From the human T2T-CHM13v2.0 reference genome, Homo sapiens, in the NCBI RefSeq assembly GCF_009914755.1, contig NC_060929.1: 64,000 nucleotides of DNA; one strand, given 5' to 3'. The notes below the pieces were generated by a model, which was not told where the DNA came from, ran no database searches, and saw only the letters and a program-made list of their open reading frames with translations. This document shows positions 54,201 through 64,000 of the stretch, piece after piece. Position 1 is the stretch's first letter, and the number at the start of each line of letters is the position of its first letter. The position numbers and the translations under genes are program-made.

Positions 54201-57140
54201 CTAGGGCTGAAATAGTAATAATAATAACAATTCTGACAGCTTTGAAGGTAGACCCTCCTGCTCGTTTTAAATCACAGGCGCTGTTCTCTGCTTAGCTCTA
54301 TGGAGCAATAAAAAGAAAAAAAATACAAAAAGGCAGGCTGGGGAGAAGTGTGTTGCTCCTGTGTGGGGGCGGGATCATCTGAGGAGTGTTTCCAGGGAAC
54401 TCTGGCAGGAGGGTTCTTGTTCATGAAGGATTTCCCCGGCACTGCGCTGTGGCAGGATAACAGATGGGCTTCTCTGTATTACAGAAGGGAAAATACCTTT
54501 TGTCTTCGCCAATGCCCTTCACTGCAGGCAAGCAAATAGGAGGGCCTTGTAAGCACCACTTCTGCTCCTCGATGCAGCCTCTGTCATGAGCCATCAGATT
54601 TTTCTCTGTAAGAATAGAAAGTCTTTTCACAGTATTCTCCTCCTGAAAGCTGTCAGCCATGAAGAGTGCCATGTCCTTGTTTAGAGACGCAGCTTCTGGA
54701 ATGCTTGAGTGAAAAGCCAAAGGCATTTCATTTCTGAGGTTGTCAAAAATATTCACAGTCTTCCTGCTTGTGCCGAGGATGCTGACCTCATTCTCTCCAG
54801 ATTTGTACCATATGTGGAGACTGGAGACTCCAGGACATAGGATTACAGTTTGGAAAGGTCTCCCTTGTTGGAACGGACTCAGCACACTTAGGATAAAGCT
54901 TAAGGAAAACTCAGCCACTCATGCAATTTTGTAAAGGAGTCTGTACCTTTGCTTGCAATTTTATAATTGTCTTGATTTCTTTTATTTGTAACCTTACACA
55001 CCATTTGCCAGAAAAATTCAATAAAACGGAACAACGAGGAATTCTTACTATGACTTGGTGAGTTTAGTTTCCCAATTTTAGAGGGGAGAAACTGAGACGC
55101 AGAAAAGCTTAAGTTCTCTGAAGAGGCCAAACCAAGAGCAATTGATTAGTCTATTTCAGAAAATGCAGAAGCTGCTTTGTTTTCCAGCACATTATGAACT
55201 TATGGGGAGCATGGGCCTGCCTTTGCCTTCATTTCCAGTGTACCTCTAGCTTGGTGGCAGGGTGGTGCCTTTCTCCCCACTTGTTGATGGCTCTTGATCT
55301 GTTCTCCTGAGTAGACTAGGGAGGAATTCAAGCTGAACCTGGTTATTTATAGTGCAGAATTTAGGCTTAGAAGTGTATAATATATACACAACTTCTGTAG
55401 CTGCTCTCTTTCTCTATGAGTTGATTATCCTTTTATACCTATCAGCCTTTCCTCCTCTGGATCTTTCTCCCCTTCCTGTTCTTTTTCTTCCTCTCCCTCC
55501 TGCTCTTTCTTTTATTGTCTTATTGTGGGAACAGGGGACTATTTACAATTCACCTATGGGCTTATAAACCGACAAATGACCTACTGCTGTTGTTATTTCT
55601 GAGATAGATGTTTTGGGGAATCTGGCCAAAAGATGCTAGGCTGGATACTTAAACTACCTAATCATGAGTCTTCAAACGTATGTGGAAAGTATTTGGTCTT
55701 GAAACAGGTGATAAAACAGTTTCCCAGTGTAATCCTCTGTTACTCATGATTTTATGTGTTTGTGCTTTTGTCAACATTGGGCAAAACATCTAATTATCTG
55801 TACTCTCCTATCCTGAATGCCACTTGGTGGCAAGGGTGCTCTCATTTTTGAATCCTCTCTGGTGTCTGGTAGACATATTGGTATTTCAGCTAATTTAATT
55901 TAATTCTTATAAAACATGTATATGTATCAGAGAGCTGAGGGAAATGACTCATGTACAATTGGGAAGGGCAAAACCTTTCATTTATGGATTTCTAGCTGCT
56001 AAACTGTTGATTTAATATATTAATCTTTCCAGATACTTATAAACCAGATATAGAACTGAATCCAGGGAATAATTCCAAGATTCTGTTATTTCCAAAAAGC
56101 TGCCAGGAATATTTGGAGAACTTTTAAAAACACTTGGAAATTCATTAGCTTATGAAAGAAAATGTCCAGAAAAAATGTTTTATAAGGTTTTCGTTTAAAT
56201 TTTATGGATTTTCATAAAGCTTAGATAGAAAAATAAATGTGTTTACTGCACAGATTTTTGCTGGGGACTGTGATAACAAAAAAATGTTAGTTTTTTAAGA
56301 GGAACAAAACTAAGAATTAGTTTTCGTGAAATGTTGTCATTTGTTTGGAGTCTTTTGATGAAGTGGTGGACTTCTTTCTTTTTCCTAACCTCTCTAGTAG
56401 TCAAGATATTGAAGACTTTGAAGAGAGGCACAAACAATGATTCATAGCTGTTGTGATTTTATTATTATAATTTTTGTTTACTTAGCAGGAGATTTCTTTC
56501 TAGGAAGAGTTGTGTTGGTTGAGTGAATATGCTGATAAACTACTCTGACAAGAGTGTAAGACATCAAAAGCATGCTGAAGGACTGGCAGCTTTGTGTCAA
56601 ATTAATGTTGAGAAGACAGGAGGTTTGGGTAACTACAGGGATTTGCTTTTGCTGACTAAAATTTGCAGACTTGGTGCCAGAACTGAGTTGCTTATGACAA
56701 AAGAGAGAATTTCGGAATAAAGGAGGGAAGGGTGATGAAGTGTTGAGTAACTACAGCAGAACTGAAGGAGGAGGAAAGCATTGTCTCATGGGGAGCTATT
56801 TTAAATAAAACTTGCTGCATGTTGTAAATTCTCTTTTTCCACCCCTCGTCTTCCCCTTCACCTCCTCTGTCTTCAATACAGTTTATATTACTCATAAATA
56901 AAATCAGTTTGTTTGGTTAGGGATGTGACAAAAGGCTGTGTGGCCTCAAGATGGGCTCATGAGCCCAGACTGCTTATGGGAGATGCGATGTATCTGAATA
57001 TTGAAGGACATGAGTCTCCTCAATCCTCTCCCATCTGTTGAAGATCAGGAGAAAACACAAGTTTGATCTATTTAACGGACACATTGTTAGCTTGGACTCT
57101 CCAGAATACTCTTAATTTACTTAAACTTCTGCAGAGAAGA

Positions 57141-57646
57141 TGTGGTAGGCTGGATAATGTCCGGCAAAGATATCAGATTCTAGCCCTTGGAGCCTAGAAC
57201 TGTGGCCTTACATGAAAAAAGTGTCTTTGCAGCTGTGATTAACTTAAGGATCTTGGGGTGGGGGATTATCTTGGATTAACCAGGTGGGTCCTAAATGCTG
57301 TTGAATGTGTCCTTATAAAACAGAGCCAGAGAGAGAGATTACAGAGCCATAGAGAGAGACACAGATGAGAAGGTGATGTGAAGACAAGGCAGGGAGAGAG
57401 GCGAAGATGCTAGCCTTGAAGACTGAGGTGATGTAGCCATAAACCAAGCCTGCCAGCAGCCACCATAAGCTGGGAGAGGCAAGGACTGGATTCTCCCCTA
57501 GCGCCTCCGGAAGGAGCACAGATTTGCTGTTATTTTAATTTTGGCCCAGTGGTATTGATTTTGGACTTCTGGTCTCCAGAGCTGTGAGAGAATAAATATC
57601 TGCTGCTTAAAGCCACTGCATTTGTGGTAATTTGTTACCACAGCCA
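57141..57646 (+). mobile_element. MLT1C/D LTR
   Basis: tgtggtaggctggataatg ... ggattctcccctag ... gtggtaatttgttac. Confidence 0.85.
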
Positions 57647-58679
57647 GACTTTTGTATTTTGATGGTTGGCTGGAGATTAGTGATTTTTGCAATTTTTAAA
57701 ATATCTAAATGTTACACAACTCAGAATGGTGTCAATAATATTAATTACAAAGATTCAAACCTATACTATCTCACCAATTTGGTCTCTAAATTGATTGCAG
57801 ATGGCTCTGTTCAGTTCAAATTTTTAGAAGAATAGATGTTAGTTGGAAGTGGCCCCCTTAGGGAAATGAAATGTGTGAAGGAAGTGGCAGGAGAAAAAGA
57901 ATAAAGATTAACTGAAGGAGAATTTGAACTATACTACCTAGCTGTTTGATACTGAAAAACGGTAGTGGAAACCTGTTAACTCCATTGAAAATTAATCAAT
58001 ACTTGTTTCACTTGGGGTAAAGGTTCTCAGAATTCTTGGTGGGAAGAGCCATAACTACCAACCAGAACCTGCACTAGAGTGAATGCGTAGGCTGTAGTTC
58101 TCTTCCGTTCAGCTCAATATCATACTCACTGATTAAATACCTATGACATACTAGACGTTCTTCCAGGCACAGAGGATAAAAGATGGGTAACACAAGGTTC
58201 TATTTTTCAGAAATTCAAAAAAGAGTCACGTATTATGTCAATGTTAAGTTCTAAGTTTAGTGATTAAGGTGAAATAATATGAGGTAAAAATTACTCTTGA
58301 GAATTCCTGAGAGAGGTCTTATATTCAAAGTCAATACATCTTTCAATCCAATAGCATACCTTTTTCTTCCAGCATTGAATCAGGCAACTATTTCATTAGT
58401 TAAGCAAGTGAATAAGTATTTGGTTTACATTTAGGGACCATGTTATAAAATGATGCTTTTTAACATTAAGGTCATCCCTGCTGAGATTTGCAGAAATGGA
58501 GACAGACTGAAAAAATAGAACAATCATGTATCTCATGTTCTGTTCACTTCTAGGGATCTACTCTGTGTGAATGATGGGTGGGACCTCCCTGCCACGTCTC
58601 TTATGATCTGTCTCTCCACTTTTTGTCAAGTATGTTGGGTGAATTTGAGTTAAGTGCTTTGTGATGAGACTACATTTAT

Positions 58680-58990
58680 TGCCATTTTATTTGTGTATTC
58701 ACTCAACATCTATAGACAGTTAGTAAGGTAGAACAGTAGGTATTGTTGAGAAAGTGGAAATGGATAGGATGTGAGTTCTGCTTTTAAGGAGATTACTGTT
58801 TAGTGGGGAGATAAGACATGTATGTATTTTAGTATATGACACATTGGAAGTTAAACATTGTCAACAGAATTCAGAAAAGGGAGATTATTTCTGGTGGGGG
58901 ATGCAGGAAAGACTTCATAGGGGAAGTGGTATTCTAGTTGGATTTTATATAAAGGGTAGGAGTTGAAGTTGTAAATAATGATAGGAAATA
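58680..58990 (-). mobile_element. L2 fragment
   Basis: tattcactcaacat ... ctgcttttaaggag ... tagtggggagataagaca. Confidence 0.6.
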
Positions 58991-59108
58991 ACTTTCTATA
59001 CAGAGATGAAGTGTAAGTAAAGCACCAATCACAGGTAATCTTCAGGTTTGTTTGGGTAATAACAGTTTAGAAAGAGAATAAGAAATGTCCACTTGTAGTC
59101 AAGGTAGA

Positions 59109-59443
59109 TATCTTGGTTTGTTTGGACTGCTATAACAAAATACCATAGACTGAGTGGTTTATAAACAACAGCAATTATTTTTCTCACAGTGCTGGAGGCT
59201 AGGAAGTTCAAGATCAAGGCACTAGCAGATCAAGGTGCTAGCAGATTCAGTGTCTGGTGAGGGCTCACTTCCTGGTTCCTAGATGGTGACTTCCTACTGT
59301 GTCCTGGAACAAATCCCATTGACCAGGGCTCCACTCTCCTGAACTAATCACCTCCCTGTGGCCCTACTTCCTAATACCATCACCTTGGGAGTTAATATTT
59401 CAACATATAAGTTTTAGGGGACACAAATATTCAGTCTGTAGCA
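59109..59443 (-). mobile_element. MLT1A0-type LTR
   Basis: ctgctataacaaaataccatagactg ... acacaaatattcagtctgtagca; TSD gtaga/gtaaa. Confidence 0.85.
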
Positions 59444-59459
59444 GTAAAGGACAAGGTTC

Positions 59460-60125
59460 ACATTTCTGCCTGAAACAACAAATAAACATGACAAAATATC
59501 TAAAACAGTGATTATCAAGACAATGAACATCAGGCAGTGATGGAGAGTGATCCTTGAAGGACGAGAAACAAATGAGATTGTCTTCACAATTGTCTCAGCT
59601 CACTGCCTAGGAGAGTTTCTAGGCTGTAGTACGAAGAAATATACCCATGCTGAGCCTCACAGTCTCCCTAAGTTTAGGAGACAGAGCTGTGAGTTCAGGG
59701 AGGTTAAGAGGGGTAGAGTTCCCAGGGAAGTGCACTGGAATAGAGAGAATTGCACAGAGAAAAAACTGGAGCTCTGTAGAAATTATCCTAGGGTATACAA
59801 CATAGTGCTGATCAGCACATGGTTGTGAGGAAAGAACCATCCTAAAGGACCAAAGGGAACAATAGTAAGGGCTCATGCTAGGCAGGCAATAGTGCCTATT
59901 TCCAACTGCCATGCTGGAAAACCTCATAAATCATGGAGCTTTGGGTCATTTTGCCCATAATAGGGCAAAATGAACTTCAGATCACATGTTGCTCTGGTTT
60001 GCCAAACAAAGTTTAATTTAGGAAAAGAATAAAAATGCTATGAGGAAACTTAACTACATCCCAGAGTAAAGCTCAATAATATTTACAGAAATCCAAAAAT
60101 GTTCAGCATCCAACAAAGTGAAGTT
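59460..60125 (+). mobile_element. Old L1M 5' region (L1MC/MD-type)
   Basis: Similarity to L1M 5' consensus (gagaaacaaatgag ... ctcagctcactgcct ... cagcatccaacaaagt). Confidence 0.55.
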
Positions 60126-60879
60126 GACTCCTTGTCCTTTGTATTATCAGATGTGTCTCCTTCTTTCCTCTCCTCTGTCCAACTCAGAAAGGTTCTAGCT
60201 TAAAGGATCTGTGGGCACCTGCTCCAAGGAAGCCCCAGACTGATGTAAATAGCTTACTTTTAGAAATGGTGACATAGATGATTTCTGTTGTAGACACATT
60301 TCCTAGTTCATAAAATGGATTAACAGTCTCTTTATTTGTTCTTGGCTTCTACCACCATGCAGAATTTTATAAGAACTTGGCTCATGGAGGTGGTGTACTC
60401 TGATAATGATCCAGAAAGGAACATTTAATTTAGTAATTTATTGGTACTGGGGAAGAAAGATGCTCTGGTATAGCATTCTCATTTCCTTTTATTATTCCAA
60501 TTTTACAAGCATGCAGACCATCTGTCTTCACAAGAAAAACTTAATGTAGAAGGCTGAACAATTATGAAGTAATGAAGATCTTGTAAAACAGCTATCAGTA
60601 AAGCACAAGAGAGGCAGCACTTGTAAAACTGGAATGAATATGAATCAGCAAAGCCTGCAGATGTGTGCTCTTCAATCCTAAGAATGCTGCTTAGCTAATT
60701 TATAGACTTCTTGGCAATGTATTTTGAAAATATTATGGAAGAGAGAGCAGTTTGAGATATTTTTATATAGAATAGTTCTTGGCAGGTAGGCTCTGGTAAA
60801 TCCAATTCCATTGATTGCGAAGACACTGGCAATTGACTATGAAGATGTTGAGATTAAAAAAAAGAGATAAGGAAGTATA

Positions 60880-61095
60880 GAACAGTGGTTAGAGCACAGA
60901 TAACAAATAAATCCAAGCTGGTTTGAGTACTTGTACTGTTATTTGCTGTGTGATCTAGGCCAATTTATTTAATTTTGCTGAGCCTCAGTCTTCTCATCTG
61001 AAAAATGGAGACAATAGTCAGAATATTGTTGTTGTGAAGATTCAATGAGATATACTACACATAAAGCACTTATCCTGGGCCCTTTAATAAATGTT
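60880..61095 (+). mobile_element. MIR
   Basis: ctgtgtgatctaggc ... gagcctcagtcttctcatctgaaaaatgg. Confidence 0.8.
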
Positions 61096-62549
61096 ATCTA
61101 AGAATAATTATGAAAGGAAAAATCTTCAAGTCCACATTAATTGGTATTTTTGGATGGAATTAAAATAATAAAACATAAAGGGCTTCAATAGTGTCTCATG
61201 TAATTTCACTGACACTGCACAATCCAAATTTTCTTGGAACCTGTTACATGCACCATCATAAACAAACCAGAAGGGGTACGCTTGGAGAAAATGCTTTTCT
61301 TAAATCTTTTTTGCTTTGCTTTAAAATTTTTTCTTAAATTACATCCTAATGCTGGGTAGAGCAGGTGTATGGCCCATGCTGATAGCCTACTGGAGGTTTA
61401 GAAACTCTCAATGTTTCTTAGGGCTTTTCATCTAAGAGAAACATTTGGTTAAGACAGTGGTTCATCATGGGTGATGGACTGATTTTACAATTGTGATTCT
61501 AAGTCGGATCAAAACGATGAAAAAGTGATAACATGAAATTTAAACTGGACAAACAAACCTGGACTACTGCCACTACAAAGATTCATAATCTATGCTTTCA
61601 TCAGAGATTACCGAAAAAAACAAATGGATTCAAGACTGGACATAAGGAGTAGCAGCCAGAGTATCAGATTTAAATGCCATGTGGCATGGAGGCATGTATG
61701 TTTTGCTTGGTTGGATCTCAATATGATTTTTGGAAGCTAGTGTAAAAACCCCTAAAAATAAGGCCAATTAAGTAATTGATGTGCCTGGTTATACTTTCTT
61801 TCCTGTGTAATATGAAATGACATAGGTGGAAGTTGAAGGAAGAAGATCCTTCCACATTTCCATATTTGTGATTTAAAAAAAAGTTCCAATGTGCTCACCT
61901 TAGGATGGAACTAAAAGTGACTACTTGGCACTTTGCTTCCAAAACTTTGCCTTGGCTGGAAAATGCTTCTGAGAAAAGCAATGAGACTATCTGGGGAATT
62001 AGAAAGGTTGCTTGAGAGAACCAATGAAAAGGATGATATATTTATAAGTTGCTAACAAAAGATTTATAACTTCTCAAAGTGAGGGGAAGACACAATTTAT
62101 CACGCCAAGAACCAGAATGTAAGTATAGCATCCAAGAAGGAGTGTGGCTGAGGACAAGAGCCCTGGGAATGTATGAATTAGAGTAAGATGTGAACTTTTA
62201 GGTAACAGGACAGGTTTGGCCAGATGGGGTTTGTCAGCTATTTAGTGATCCAGAGATATTAGTTTTGTCAGAGAGAAGCAGGCAAAAGAGGAAGCTTGAG
62301 TTAACGTTCAGAGGCTGGGGTCAGAGAGATTTCAGGAGGGGAGGGCTGGGCGGTAGGTGATGCTGAGATAAAGAGCTACTCTGAAAGCAGAGGCGATTCA
62401 TTCTCTGGGCCTGTTTATTACTTCCATCGATTCTGGAGGCTCTGAGCCCACTGATGTTAACTGGCTTATTTTTCTCTGCACCTAATAAGCCATCTGTGGT
62501 GAGATACTTTTAAGATCATGCAAATATTCTGCTCTTCATCAAAGTTTAC

Positions 62550-63300
62550 TCCCCAAATGCAAATTAAGACTACCGTGAAATGTACTACTATGCACCCGTT
62601 AGAATGGCTAAAATTAAAAATACTAACAGTACCAAGAATGTAGAGCAACTAGAATTTCCATACATTACTGGGGAAATGTAAAATGGCATAGCCTCTTTGG
62701 AAAATATCTGGTGGTTTCTTATAAAGTTAAATATGCACTTCCCATATGACCTAGGAATTTACTCTTAGTTATTTACCCAAGATAAATGAGAGCGGACGAC
62801 TTTCATTTCTGATACGAAGACTTGTGCACAAATGTACCTGGCAGCTTTAGTCATAATAGATTCAGACTGGAAACAACCCAAATGTCCATCAACAGGTGAG
62901 GATTTATGGTATACCCACGTCATGGAATATGACTCAGTAATAAAAAGGAACAATGTTCTGATACAACAGAATGGATGAGTATCAAATATGTTCTGCTCTG
63001 TTAGAGAAGCCAGACACAAAATAATATATACTGTATGATTCCACTGATGTGAAATTCTAGAAAAAATAAAGCTAATATCTAGAGACAGAAAGCAGATCAG
63101 TGGCTGCCTGAGACTCAAGGTGGGGCTGGGGATTGGGGGAGTTGTTGACTGCAAAGTGGCAGGTGGGAATTTTTAGAGTAATGGAAATGTTTTAGGCCTT
63201 GATTTTAGTGATGGCTGCACAGGTGTATAAATTTGTCAAAACTCATCAAACTGTACACATTATGGTTCCATTTTATCATTTTTTGCCTCTATAAAGTTGG
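62550..63300 (+). mobile_element. L1MC/ME 3' end
   Basis: aaatgcaaattaagac ... ggaaacaacccaaatgtccatcaacagg ... tttgtcaaaactcatcaaactgtacac. Confidence 0.88.
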
Positions 63301-63466
63301 TAATTTCCTCCCTTTAGTTAGCATCCATTTATGATTCTTCCCTGAATGGCTATTTATAATTCCACAAGCTTCTACATAGGATTAGCAAGGCAGTTTGGCC
63401 AAGGGTATTTGAATACTACAATGTGTTTCTCAGAGATTTTCTTTTTGTTATTAAAAACAAACATCA

Positions 63467-63695
63467 GAGCTGGATGGGGGGGCTCATGCCTGTAATTGCA
63501 GCACTTTGGGAGGCTAAGGCAGTAGGATTGCTTGAGTCCAGGAGTTTGAGGTTACAGTGAGCTATGATTGCACCATTGCACTCCAGCCTGGGCAACAGAT
63601 TTAGACCCTTTCTCAAAAGGAAAGGAAAGGGAAGTGAAGGGGAGGAGAGGGGAGGGGAGGGGAGGAGAGGGGAGGGGAGGGGAGGGGAGGTAAGG
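63467..63695 (+). mobile_element. Monomeric Alu (left-arm start, right-arm end) with a purine-repeat tail
   Basis: ggctcatgcctgtaat...gcactttgggagg joined to gttacagtgagctatgattgcacc; 11-bp TSD aacaaacatca. Confidence 0.85.
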
Positions 63696-64000
63696 AACAA
63701 ACATCAATGAGTTAAATTTATGGTATTACAGATGTTTAATCAGAATCCAGTGAATTGTGGCTTGGCTGGAAGATCTTCAGGCAAGACCCTATCAGAACTC
63801 AATAATGAGACAAAGATGAATTTTCCTAACATTTTAGTGCATTTATTACCCTATAGAGGCAAGAGGATGGCTGGTTTCTACAACAGAAAATAGATGAACC
63901 CCAACACTTGGGGAGTCATTTAATACTAAACTAAAAGAATCCTGCAGAATATACTACAGGAAACATTGCTGGGAGATGAGGAGGGCTTCTCCAGCTCTAC

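Overview
Primate (human-like) genomic DNA, intergenic or intronic and dominated by interspersed repeats. I recognise no protein-coding gene, tRNA, rRNA or CRISPR, and I could not identify the locus. Between about 11 and 38 kb there is a dense cluster of endogenous retroviral sequence. It includes a full-length THE1A (13501-15806) and two minus-strand proviruses with paired LTRs and intact target-site duplications (TSDs). The first has MER51-type LTRs and an Arg-tRNA primer-binding site; it keeps a decayed pol but has lost most of gag/pro and env (18268-24566). The second is MER4-group; it keeps a decayed env and has no recognisable pol (27815-38000). Solo LTRs, Alus, L1/L2/MIR fragments and DNA transposons fill most of the rest. 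Repeat-poor stretches at about 39.7-46.3 kb and 52.3-57.1 kb hold candidate spliced exons and a transcription-factor motif cluster. Repeat subfamily names come from recalled consensus sequences and need RepeatMasker/Dfam confirmation. I see no convincing novel biological system. The best leads are the rearranged proviruses and a possible unannotated spliced non-coding transcript.
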